Shown: positions 7,688-16,584 of the stretch, in pieces
Position numbering within the stretch: position 1 is the stretch's first letter
Layout: every line of letters starts with the position of its first letter
Assembly (NCBI GenBank): GCA_046313635.1
Contig: JBKBYA010000010.1
Coordinates: 1-64,000, forward strand
Source: Pyrinomonadaceae bacterium
Lineage (GTDB): Bacteria; Acidobacteriota; Blastocatellia; Pyrinomonadales; Pyrinomonadaceae
Direction of reading: 5' to 3'
Length of the DNA stretch: 64,000 nt
The notes under the pieces: model-generated
Databases searched by the model: none
What the model was told of the DNA's origin: nothing
What the model saw: the letters and a program-made list of their open reading frames with translations, nothing else
Program-made: the position numbers and the translations under genes

Positions 7688-10600
7688 ATGATCGCAACGA
7701 CACGGCGAAATTTGTTAAAGCTCGGGATCGTATTCGCCTTTGCCGCGCTCTCTCTGACCGCAGCCTGGAGCGGCCGTTCCGTTGGTCGATTGGTCCAGCC
7801 GCCGGTCGAGGCGCAGTCAACGTCGGCAGCGACGCCGGCGGCTACGCCCTACGCGACACCTTTGCCCGCTCCGGCCAAGCCGCCGGTGGAGGGCTGTCTC
7901 AAATGTCACAACAATATCGAGCCGATGCACCGCTACAACGCGCGCGGCGACGTCTTTGACACGATCGACGAGGCGGGCAGGGACGCCCAAGGACTCACCT
8001 GCACAAATTGTCACGGCGGCAATCCGGCCGCGACGACGCAGGCCGAGGCGCATGTGCAGCCGCGCTTTCCCAAAGCGTGGGGATGCAAGGACGGCAAGTG
8101 CGACAGCAGCAATCCCGAGCGGACAAACACGCTGCTGCTAAAGGAGAGCCGCGAATTTGTCCGCTTCATCAACCCCGGCGACTTTCGCGTCATCGAGCAG
8201 TCATGCGGCGAATGCCACGCCGACGAGAATCGCAACGTCTCGCGCAGCATGATGGCCCACGGCGGCATGCTGTGGGGAGCGGCGCTCTACAACAACGGCG
8301 GCTATCACATTCGCGATACGCGTTTCGGCGAGAGCTACAGCGAAGACGGCGAGCCGCAGGTGCTCTTTCAAATTCCCGAGCCGACGCGCGAGCAGCAGGC
8401 ATTCAAAGGATTTTTGTCTTTCATCACACCTTTGCCTCGTTGGGAGATCTCGCAGCCGGGCAACATCCTGCGCGTCTTCGAGCGCGGCGGCCGTCGGCGT
8501 CTCGAGGTCGGACTTCCCGACAAAGAAGAAGAACCGGGCAAACCCGACAAGGGCCTCAGCCCGCGCGGCCTCGGCACCAATAACCGCACCGACCCTGTTT
8601 ATCTCGGTCTGCAAAAGACGCGGCTGCTCGACCCGACGCTCAACTTTCTCGGCACCAACGATCATCCGGGCGATTACCGCTCGGCGGGCTGCACGGCGTG
8701 CCACGTCGTTTATGCGAACGACCGCAGCAAGGACGCATCGGGCCCGTACGCCGCCGCGGGCAATCAGGGCCATTCGCAATCGGCGGACAAGAGCATTCCG
8801 AGGGGCCGAGCGGGCCATCCGATCAAGCATCAATTTACCTCGCAGATTCCGACCGCACAGTGCATGACGTGCCATATGCACCCCGGCACAAATATGGTCG
8901 CGACCTATCTCGGCCAGACGTGGTGGGACAACGAGTCGGACGGCAAATTTATGTACCCGACCGACCGGCAGATCGACCCGTCGCAAGCCGACGAGGCCCG
9001 CAAGCTCGACCGCAATCCCGAGGCCGCGTCGCTGCGCGGGCTTTGGTCGGAGCCCGACTTTTTGCAGAGGACCGGCTCGGCCGAATTCAACAGCAAGCTC
9101 GAACGTGTGCGCTTCGGCGACTCGCACGGGCACGGTTGGATGTTTCGCAACGTCTATAAAAAGGACCGCAAAGGCAATCTGCTCGATGCCGAAGACCGCA
9201 TCGTGCCGGCCGACGCTCCCGACCGCTTCAGCCGCGCCGTCCATCTCAAGGACATTCATCTCGAAAAAGGGATGCACTGCGTCGACTGCCATTTCCGGCA
9301 GGACGCGCACGGCACCGGCATCCTCTACAGCGAGCCGCGGGCCGCGATCGAGATCGGCTGTGTCGATTGTCACGGCACGATCACGGCCAAAGCGAACGGC
9401 ATAACGAGCGGGCCCGCCGCGATGCCCGCAGGCCGCGCCGAGGCCGCACAGCGCGAGCGTGCGAATAAGCCCGTCATCGGCCGCGATCTCACGCGCCTGA
9501 CATTTCGCTCGCCCGACGGCCGCCGCACGCCGGTGCTGCAGGTGATAACCCGCGACACCATTCGAAAAGACGCCGACGGCAACGAGGTGACGCTCAAGCG
9601 CGGCGACGTCGTGCAGAATTCGATCGTCGAGCCCGGCCGCTGGTGGCGCGTCAAGCAGACCGCCGACACCGTCACGCCCGGCAGTCCCGACTACAACGAA
9701 AAAAGCGCGTACGCCAAGACGATGCAGCGCGACAACGCGACGTGGGGCGACGCAAAGGCGAGCGAGAGCCTGCTCGCGCACACCGATCAAAACGTCACCT
9801 GCTACGCATGCCACACGTCGTGGGTGACGAGCTGCTTCGGCTGTCACCTGTCGATGGAGGCCAACCGCAAGATGCCCAACCGGCATAACGAGGGCGGCGA
9901 TTCGCGCAACTTTACGTCGTACAACTTTCAGGTGCTGCGCGACGACGTCTTTATGCTCGGCCGCGACGGCACCGTGACCGGCCACCGCGTCGCGCCCGTG
10001 CGCTCGAGCTCGGCCGTGCTCGTCAGCTCGCGCAACCAGAACCGCGAATGGATCTATCACCAGCAGCAGACGGTCTCGGCCGAGGGCTTTAGCGGGCAGG
10101 CCTTTAACACGCACGTGCCCCACACCGTCCGCGCAAAAGAGACGCAGGGCTGCTCGGACTGCCACGTCTCCGAGCGCAACGACAACAACGCCTGGCTCGC
10201 GCAGGTATATCTGCAGGGCACGAACTTCGTCAACTTTATGGGCCGCTACATCTACGTCGCGGCCGAAGAGGCGCTCGAGGCCGTCGCCGTGACCGAGCAC
10301 ACCGAACCGCAGGCCGTGTACGGCAGCAATCTTCACCGCCTTGCGTACAAGGACAACTACGAGAAGTTTGTCCGCGAGGGCCGCGAGCTGCACGAGTACT
10401 ACGAGAACAAGGGCCGGCCACGCGCGCTGCAGGTGCAGGTGCGCGGCGAATACGCGTACGTCGCCGCCGGCGAGGGCGGCCTGCGCGTTTACGATGTCGC
10501 GCAGATCGATCACAAAGGATTCTCCGAACGCATCGTCACGGCACCGGTCTCGCCGCTCGGGCAGAGGTTTTACGTCGACACAAAATACGCGGCGGCCGTC

Positions 10601-11791
10601 GCTGCACCGTCCACGCTGGCCGTCGACCCGGCGCGCTGGCGGAGCGTGCGCAACGATGACGGTTCGATGCGCCAGGTGCCGCCCGACGAGGCCGTAAGGC
10701 TTCACGAAGCGGCCGTAAAGGCCGGCAAGCCGAGCCCGGTCGTGAACGAGGAGCAGCCGATCCATCCGCTGTACGCGTATCTCTACGTCGCCGACAGATA
10801 CGAGGGCCTGATCCTCGTCAACGCCGCGACGCTGCTCGACGGCGACCCGCGAAACAACTTCCTCGAGCGCGCGGTGACCTTTAACCCCGACGGCGTGCTG
10901 AACGGAGCAAACAACATCACGATCGCCGGCAACTTTGCGTGGATCACGACCGAAAAAGAACTTGTGATCGTCGACATCTCGACGCCGCTTGCGCCGCGAG
11001 TCGCGCAGCGCATCGCGTACGCTCATCCGCGTGCGGTTGCCGTGCAGTTCCTTTACGCATTTGTCGTCGACGCCGAGGGATTAAAGATTCTGGACATCCG
11101 AGATCTGCAGACGAAAGGCACCGTGAGGACCGTCGACAACGCATTCGTCCCGCTGCGCCACGCCCACGACATTTACGTCGCGCGGACGTACGCATACGTC
11201 GCCAACGGCGCCGACGGCATCGCGATAATCGATGTCGAGCGGCCGGAGAGTCCGAGACTCGACCAGACATTCAACGCGGAGGGCACGCTGAACGACACGC
11301 GTTCGGTCAAGGTCGCGATGACCAACGCGAGCCTTTACGCATACGTCGCCGACGGCAAGAACGGACTAAAGGTATTGCAGCTCACCGATCCGGAGACGAT
11401 GCCGGAGTACGCCGGCTTCAGCCCGCGGCCGCGGCCCGTGCAGATCGCGTCGTTCAAGACAAAGGGCGAGGCGCTCGCGATCTCGAAAGGTCTCGACCGT
11501 GACCGGGCGGCGGACGAGAGCGGCAATCAGATCGCCGTTTTCGGTCGTCGGGGCGCGAGGCCTTTCAGGCTCGACGAGATCGACCGGATGCTGCGGCTCA
11601 ACGGCGGAAAGGGCGATTTTTTCCAAGTCTCGGACGAGCCTAAAAAGAGGCCGGCCGGGGCCGCGACGCAGAGCGCGATCGTTCCGGGCGGACTGCGTAG
11701 GATGATCTGGCTGCTCTTCCCCTTCGGTCTCGGGTCAGTCGTCGTACTGCTGCGGATCGGCCGCCGACGAGGCCGCCGCAGAGCACGCTAG
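7688..11791 (+). CDS. Decaheme c-type cytochrome fused to LVIVD-repeat beta-propeller, with C-terminal membrane anchor
   Basis: 10 CxxCH motifs (codons at 7895, 8000, 8204, 8690, 8861, 9278, 9359, 9800, 9833, 10151); repeats YAYVAAGEGGLRVYDV, LVIVDISTP, YAYVANGADGIAIIDV, YAYVADGKNGLKVL; AAGGAG RBS before ATG 7688. Confidence 0.9.
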   Translation: MIATTRRNLLKLGIVFAFAALSLTAAWSGRSVGRLVQPPVEAQSTSAATPAATPYATPLPAPAKPPVEGCLKCHNNIEPMHRYNARGDVFDTIDEAGRDAQGLTCTNCHGGNPAATTQAEAHVQPRFPKAWGCKDGKCDSSNPERTNTLLLKESREFVRFINPGDFRVIEQSCGECHADENRNVSRSMMAHGGMLWGAALYNNGGYHIRDTRFGESYSEDGEPQVLFQIPEPTREQQAFKGFLSFITPLPRWEISQPGNILRVFERGGRRRLEVGLPDKEEEPGKPDKGLSPRGLGTNNRTDPVYLGLQKTRLLDPTLNFLGTNDHPGDYRSAGCTACHVVYANDRSKDASGPYAAAGNQGHSQSADKSIPRGRAGHPIKHQFTSQIPTAQCMTCHMHPGTNMVATYLGQTWWDNESDGKFMYPTDRQIDPSQADEARKLDRNPEAASLRGLWSEPDFLQRTGSAEFNSKLERVRFGDSHGHGWMFRNVYKKDRKGNLLDAEDRIVPADAPDRFSRAVHLKDIHLEKGMHCVDCHFRQDAHGTGILYSEPRAAIEIGCVDCHGTITAKANGITSGPAAMPAGRAEAAQRERANKPVIGRDLTRLTFRSPDGRRTPVLQVITRDTIRKDADGNEVTLKRGDVVQNSIVEPGRWWRVKQTADTVTPGSPDYNEKSAYAKTMQRDNATWGDAKASESLLAHTDQNVTCYACHTSWVTSCFGCHLSMEANRKMPNRHNEGGDSRNFTSYNFQVLRDDVFMLGRDGTVTGHRVAPVRSSSAVLVSSRNQNREWIYHQQQTVSAEGFSGQAFNTHVPHTVRAKETQGCSDCHVSERNDNNAWLAQVYLQGTNFVNFMGRYIYVAAEEALEAVAVTEHTEPQAVYGSNLHRLAYKDNYEKFVREGRELHEYYENKGRPRALQVQVRGEYAYVAAGEGGLRVYDVAQIDHKGFSERIVTAPVSPLGQRFYVDTKYAAAVAAPSTLAVDPARWRSVRNDDGSMRQVPPDEAVRLHEAAVKAGKPSPVVNEEQPIHPLYAYLYVADRYEGLILVNAATLLDGDPRNNFLERAVTFNPDGVLNGANNITIAGNFAWITTEKELVIVDISTPLAPRVAQRIAYAHPRAVAVQFLYAFVVDAEGLKILDIRDLQTKGTVRTVDNAFVPLRHAHDIYVARTYAYVANGADGIAIIDVERPESPRLDQTFNAEGTLNDTRSVKVAMTNASLYAYVADGKNGLKVLQLTDPETMPEYAGFSPRPRPVQIASFKTKGEALAISKGLDRDRAADESGNQIAVFGRRGARPFRLDEIDRMLRLNGGKGDFFQVSDEPKKRPAGAATQSAIVPGGLRRMIWLLFPFGLGSVVVLLRIGRRRGRRRAR

Positions 11792-11837
11792 CGGGCGGGG
11801 CCCGCACTCGCGCGACCGCGCTCCGCGTGACCGTTCT

Positions 11838-11865
11838 TTGCTTTTCGGCGCCGAGACTCTATGAT
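11838..11865 (+). promoter_or_regulatory. Putative sigma70 promoter of pilD
   Basis: TTGCTT-N16-TATGAT in the intergenic gap. Confidence 0.4.
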
Positions 11866-11927
11866 TTGTCGGGGACGTCGCACGTCCGCCTCGCTGTACC
11901 GCCTTTCTCGCTCGCGATCCTTTAGAG

Positions 11928-12824
11928 ATGAATTTGCTTCTTTCCGATTTCGAAGCCGTTACCGGTCTGCCGAACGCATTCGGATACGCGACCGCCGCTC
12001 TTTTGGGCGCGATGATCGGGAGCTTTTTGAATGTCGTTATCCACCGCGTGCCGCGGGAGGAGTCGATCGTCTTCCCAAATTCCGCGTGTCCCGAGTGCGG
12101 CTCGGCGATCAGACCTTACGACAATATTCCGGTCGTCAGCTGGCTCGTGCTCGGCGGCAAATGTCGAAACTGCAAGGCCCGCATCTCGCCGCGCTATATC
12201 GCGGTCGAGGCGCTGACGGCCGCGCTCTTTTTGCTCACGTACTGGAAGGTTGGCTTCGAGCCGATGCTGCCCGTCGCGCTAGTTTTTGTCTCGGCGATGG
12301 TCGCGCTGATCTTTATCGACGCCGAGCACATGATCTTGCCGAATGTGATCACGTATCCGCTCTTTGTTTTTGCGCTGATCGCGCGCGTCGCGCTGCCGCT
12401 CATTGCGGGCGGCGATCCCTTTGGCGACGCGTACTCGTGGCCCGCGTCGGCGATGCCCGGGCCGTGGCCGATCTGGGCCGTGTCGATCGTCAGCGCTCTG
12501 GCGGGTGCGATCGCCGGCGGCGGTTTCTTATGGGCGGTCGGCGAGGCTTGGAAGCGGCTTCGCGGCGTCGAGGCGATGGGCCTCGGCGACGTCAAAATGA
12601 TGCTCGGCGTCGGGGCTCTGCTCGGCTGGCAGTTGACTTTGCTTACGATCTTTGCGGGAGCGTTCGGCGGGGCCTTGATCGGCAGCGTGCTGATCGCTAT
12701 GAAGAAGCAAAAGGACCTGCAGGCTCATATTCCCTTTGGCATCTTTCTCGGTCTGGGATCGATCGTATCTCTGCTCTTCGGTCGCGAGCTGATCGATTGG
12801 TACATCTCGACGTTCATCCGCTGA
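11928..12824 (+). CDS. pilD: Prepilin peptidase / N-methyltransferase
   Basis: GSFLNVVIHRVP, CPEC...CRNC zinc motif, IFIDAEH, MGLGDVKM, IPFGIFL. Confidence 0.95.
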   Translation: MNLLLSDFEAVTGLPNAFGYATAALLGAMIGSFLNVVIHRVPREESIVFPNSACPECGSAIRPYDNIPVVSWLVLGGKCRNCKARISPRYIAVEALTAALFLLTYWKVGFEPMLPVALVFVSAMVALIFIDAEHMILPNVITYPLFVFALIARVALPLIAGGDPFGDAYSWPASAMPGPWPIWAVSIVSALAGAIAGGGFLWAVGEAWKRLRGVEAMGLGDVKMMLGVGALLGWQLTLLTIFAGAFGGALIGSVLIAMKKQKDLQAHIPFGIFLGLGSIVSLLFGRELIDWYISTFIR

Positions 12825-12827
12825 GCT

Positions 12828-13124
12828 TCACCGGCGCTGCGACGCCGTCCGCGAGCTCCGGGTGCAGTCTTTTGCGCAGAGCGCCATGCCGCCCTTCATT
12901 CTCACGGCCTCGTTCGCGGGAACCCATCGCCCGCAGCGGCTGCAGTTGACGAGCTCCGACGCGTCGGGCTCGCGCTCGAGACTGCGGGCCTCGGCCGCCG
13001 CGCGGGCCTGACCTTTGATCACCCTGTACAGCCTGATCATCCCGGCTATCTGGCGCCGGTATCTGAACGCCGTGAGCCCGAGCAGCACAACGATCACGAG
13101 CAGGACAAAAAAGGCTTCTCTCAT
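12828..13124 (-). CDS. Small membrane protein with C-terminal zinc-finger-like motif (PP0621-like)
   Basis: N-terminal TM helix; LVNCSRCGRWVP...LCAKDC. Confidence 0.65.
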   Translation of the reverse strand: MREAFFVLLVIVVLLGLTAFRYRRQIAGMIRLYRVIKGQARAAAEARSLEREPDASELVNCSRCGRWVPANEAVRMKGGMALCAKDCTRSSRTASQRR

Positions 13125-13852
13125 TTACCGGAGTTGGCGACCTGATCGGCGAGACCCTGCAGCGACGAGCTCTGCGGATTTACCTGGCGAAGCTGGTCGA
13201 GATACTTCTGCGCCTCATCTTTGCGGCCGGCCCTCGCGAGGGCCTGGATCATGAACTCGAGGCCGCGCTCGTACTTGCCGTTGAGCGCAAGCGAGCGGCG
13301 AAAATTCTCGATCGCCTTTGTATCGTCAGGCGGGTCCTGCAAAAAGTACGTGAGACCGATCTCGGTGTGGGCCTCGGCGTTCTGCGGGTCTTGAGCGAGG
13401 GCCCTTTCGTAGTATTTGCGGGCGACGGCAAAGGGCTCGTTGAGCTTGTTGAAGTAGGCGTAATCGAAATTCGCGTTTCCGGCGCCGATAAGGACGTCGA
13501 CGTCCTTCGGGTCGAGCTCTGCGGCACGCTCGAGAAGGCGCGCGGCTTCTTTCAGGACCTCGGAGTCGCGCTCGATCGCGCCGTAGCGGTATAGGGCGAG
13601 GCCGATCGCTTTCTGTGTTTGAAAGTTCGACGCCTTAGCGTCCGCTTCGGCCACGGCCGCGCGGATCTCGTCGGGCGAGAGCTTCTGCGTCGAGCCGGGC
13701 GTGCCGGGAGCGCCGCCCGAGGTCTTGATGCTCTCATTCTCGGCGCGGAGCCGCTCGAGCTCGGCGCGGTTGAGCGAATTGGCAAGCAAAAAGCCGCCCG
13801 CAAACGCCAAAAGGACGGCTATCACACTCAGCCAGATGTAACGTGTCTGCAT
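13121..13852 (-). CDS. Membrane-anchored TPR protein
   Basis: N-terminal TM helix; TPR motifs (LERAAELDPKD, YERALAQDPQNAEAH). Confidence 0.8.
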   Translation of the reverse strand: MQTRYIWLSVIAVLLAFAGGFLLANSLNRAELERLRAENESIKTSGGAPGTPGSTQKLSPDEIRAAVAEADAKASNFQTQKAIGLALYRYGAIERDSEVLKEAARLLERAAELDPKDVDVLIGAGNANFDYAYFNKLNEPFAVARKYYERALAQDPQNAEAHTEIGLTYFLQDPPDDTKAIENFRRSLALNGKYERGLEFMIQALARAGRKDEAQKYLDQLRQVNPQSSSLQGLADQVANSGK

Positions 13853-13885
13853 TGGGACGAGTTTATCAAATCGCCCGATGCGAAT

Positions 13886-13911
13886 AAAAAAGCCGCCTTT
13901 AACGGCAGCTT
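13886..13911 (-). terminator. Intrinsic terminator after the RHH gene
   Basis: Minus strand AAGCTGCC-GTTAAA-GGCGGCTT-TTTT. Confidence 0.65.
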
Positions 13912-13935
13912 GTCAGATAAAAAAGCGTTGTCGAA

Positions 13936-14211
13936 TCACCCGTCGTCGCGGCTGCCCTCGGGCGGGATGTACGGCAGGTCTTCGGCCCGGCGTCTGATCG
14001 GCGGGTCGGTCGCGCGGCGTCGCGGGATCGTCGTCATCGATCGGCGGTCGACGCTGCCGGTCGGCAAGCCCTTGCCGTGGACGGCCTCGACCAGGATACG
14101 CGTTATCTCTTGCGAGAGCGTGCGGTGCTCAAGCGCGGCGCGGCGGCGCAGCGACTCTTTCAATTCGTTCGGAACGTAAGCTCCGATAAATACCCCTTTG
14201 CGATTTGCCAT
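13936..14211 (-). CDS. Ribbon-helix-helix (Arc/CopG-like) DNA-binding protein
   Basis: VFIGAYVPNELKESLRRRAALEHRTLSQEITRIL is a beta-alpha-alpha RHH pattern; GGAGG upstream. Confidence 0.75.
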   Translation of the reverse strand: MANRKGVFIGAYVPNELKESLRRRAALEHRTLSQEITRILVEAVHGKGLPTGSVDRRSMTTIPRRRATDPPIRRRAEDLPYIPPEGSRDDG

Positions 14212-14262
14212 AAAAGTAGGGGCCGTCCTCCTGTCCTAAGATCGAGTGATAAGGCGTGGAAT

Positions 14263-14704
14263 GTGGAGCAGGATAGTAAGCCGAATTTTGTGCCCGGCAC
14301 TTTAGTGACCGGTGGCGATCATTCCTCTCGGCCGGCCGTTGCCGACCGGCTCTAGCGACCTACCCGGAAATGCTGCCCGTTTGCACGGGCCCGCGGACGG
14401 GCCGCCCGCTGACCGCATTTCCCTATTTGGTCTTGCACCGCGAGGAGTTTGCCTGGCCGCGGCTGTCGCCAGCACGCGCCGGTGAGCTCTTACCTCACCC
14501 TTTCACCCATCACCGCTCGGCGGCGTGACCAAAAAGCCCCTGAGGGAGTTTCGGTTCGACGCTCGGTGAGCGGCTGGTCTGCTCTCTGTTGCACTTGTCG
14601 TCGGCCGAGCTGGTCGGCCGCCCGGATGTTATCCGGCTCGCTGCCCTATGGTGTTCGGACTTTCCTCTCTTCACGCGGAAGAGCGATCGCCTCTCCTGCT
14701 CCAC
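14263..14704 (-). ncRNA. rnpB: RNase P RNA (bacterial class A)
   Basis: Minus strand has GAGGAAAGTCCG near the 5' end and ACAAAATTCGGCTTA near the 3' end; the termini GTGGAGCAGGA / TCCTGCTCCAC pair as P1. Confidence 0.95.
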
Positions 14705-14718
14705 ACCACTTGGATGCG

Positions 14719-14727
14719 AGTATAGCA
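14719..14727 (-). promoter_or_regulatory. Extended -10 promoter of rnpB
   Basis: TGCTATACT (TGn-TATACT) ~15 nt upstream of the P1 5' strand. Confidence 0.6.
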
Positions 14728-14772
14728 AAGAATGTTGAACAGTTAAATTCGTGTAAAAACCGCTGGTTGCCG

Positions 14773-16542
14773 CTAGGCTGGCAAACGTCCCTCCGGGTAA
14801 AGGTCATGCCAGAGTTCGGCCACCGCCCGTTTGAGAACCGCCTCGGCCTCGGACGCCGTGGAGCACTCGAGCATTTCTTCGGTCACCCGGAGAGCGTCGT
14901 CGTATGCGATACGCGATACCAGCGACCTTACGCGCCGTACGGACGTGGGATTCATGCTCAGCTCGACGGCCCCGAGGCCGATCAGGACCGGAGAATAAAA
15001 TTGCGAGCCCGCCATCTCGCCGCAGACGACCGCGGGCTTGCCATGCTGTGCGGCGGCGCTCACCACCTGTCCGACAGCCCTCAGCACGGCGGGGCTCAGC
15101 GTGCGGAAAGAGTCGGCGACGAGCTCGTTGTCGCGGTCGACCCCCAGAATGTACTGCACAAGGTCGTTTGTTCCGACCGAGACAAAGTCGACCTCTCTTA
15201 ATATCTCGCCGATCATCAGCACGGCGGCGGGCACCTCGACCATCGCGCCGATCTCGACCGCTCCGACGGCACGGCCATTCGCACGCAGATTATCGCTCTC
15301 CTCGGCGATGGCCGCGCGGGCCCGGCGGATCTCGGAGATGTCTGACACCATCGGGAGCGTGATCCCGATCTTGCCGAACTCGGCCGCCTGCAGCAGGGCG
15401 CGGATCTGCGTCCTAAAGTCCTGCTCGCGTGCGAGCGAGAGCCGGATCGCTCGCATACCGAGCGACGGATTCTTTTGCCTCACGAACGACTGTTCGGCCA
15501 GATCGTCGGCGCTGAGGTCAAAGGTCCGGATGCGGACGCCGTGCGGAGCGGCCGATTCGGCGATCTTTCGATAAGCGGCGATCTGCTGGGCCTCTTCCGG
15601 CAGGCCGCGAAAGCGGTTAAAGAGATACTCCGAGCGGTAAAGCCCGATGCCTCTGGCGCCGTGGCGGTAGGCTGTCTGGTATAGGCCCGGAATGTCGGCG
15701 TTGGCCCTGATCACGATCTCGCGGCCGTCGAGCGTCTGCAGGCGCCCGTCTGCCCGCGGGGCCTCGGCCGCGGGGGCAGGAGCGGCGCTGCCGTTCCCCT
15801 CGAGGCCGCGATAACGCTCGACCGTATCGGCCACCGGACGTACGACCACGCTGCCGCCATCGCCGTCCACGATGACGTCGTCGCCCGTCCGCACCCGGCG
15901 GAGCAGCTTGCGGACGCCGGTCACGGCCGGGATGTTGAGCTCGCGAGCGAGAATGAAGGTATGCGACGTCCAGCCGCCGTGCTCGGTGACGATGCCGCCC
16001 GGCCGGCTCTCGGCCAGCTCGATCAGTGTCGAAGGGCCGAGCTCGGTCGAAACCAAAATGCTCCCCGGCTCGAGCCGTGTCTGACGAGCTCCGCCGCCGA
16101 GAGCCGCGAGCAGTCTCTCACGGATGTCCTCGATGTCGATGTATCGCTGCCGCAGGTACTCGTCGTCGATCTCCTTGTACTCGTCGATGTACGAGTCGGC
16201 GACGCTTTTGACCGCCCATTCGGCGTTGACCTTTTGTTCGCGAATGCACTCTTCGATCTTTTTGAGCAGCGTCTCGTCCTCGAGGATCAGGAGCTGGACC
16301 TCGAAGATGCCGGCGAGACTCTCGCCGACGCTCTTTGCGCTGCTCGATCTGAGATTCTTTAGCTGCCGGCGGGCCAGACGAGCTGCGGCCCGAAAGCGTC
16401 GCACCTCTTTGTCGACCGAACGTTCGTCGATGTCGACGCGGTAAAACTGGCGGTGGCTGCCGTAGAGACAGACGACCTTGCCGTGAGCAACGCCTTTTGA
16501 GACCGACCTCGCAGCGATCCTCAATTCCGTGGTGCTTTTCAT
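14773..16542 (-). CDS. ptsI: PEP-protein phosphotransferase (PTS enzyme I)
   Basis: GGWTSHTFILARE phospho-His motif, GIGLYRSEYLF, NPSLGMRAIR, SVGTNDLVQY, VCGEMA; no N-terminal GAF domain. Confidence 0.93.
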   Translation of the reverse strand: MKSTTELRIAARSVSKGVAHGKVVCLYGSHRQFYRVDIDERSVDKEVRRFRAAARLARRQLKNLRSSSAKSVGESLAGIFEVQLLILEDETLLKKIEECIREQKVNAEWAVKSVADSYIDEYKEIDDEYLRQRYIDIEDIRERLLAALGGGARQTRLEPGSILVSTELGPSTLIELAESRPGGIVTEHGGWTSHTFILARELNIPAVTGVRKLLRRVRTGDDVIVDGDGGSVVVRPVADTVERYRGLEGNGSAAPAPAAEAPRADGRLQTLDGREIVIRANADIPGLYQTAYRHGARGIGLYRSEYLFNRFRGLPEEAQQIAAYRKIAESAAPHGVRIRTFDLSADDLAEQSFVRQKNPSLGMRAIRLSLAREQDFRTQIRALLQAAEFGKIGITLPMVSDISEIRRARAAIAEESDNLRANGRAVGAVEIGAMVEVPAAVLMIGEILREVDFVSVGTNDLVQYILGVDRDNELVADSFRTLSPAVLRAVGQVVSAAAQHGKPAVVCGEMAGSQFYSPVLIGLGAVELSMNPTSVRRVRSLVSRIAYDDALRVTEEMLECSTASEAEAVLKRAVAELWHDLYPEGRLPA

Positions 16543-16584
16543 TTCAAACTAACGGACCGAAAAACACTAAGGGACAGAAAACCG

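Noticed and set aside
8201..11026. 941-aa antisense ORF within the cytochrome gene
   Set aside because: Shadow frame of a GC-rich gene with no motifs; the plus strand carries the heme and propeller motifs.
11928..12824. pilD next to the cytochrome as evidence for conductive pili
   Set aside because: No pilin or other pilus genes in the window, and pilD appears to have its own promoter; adjacency alone is not support.
14449..15201. ORFs overlapping the 14.3-14.7 kb region
   Set aside because: The region is explained by RNase P RNA and the ptsI 3' end.
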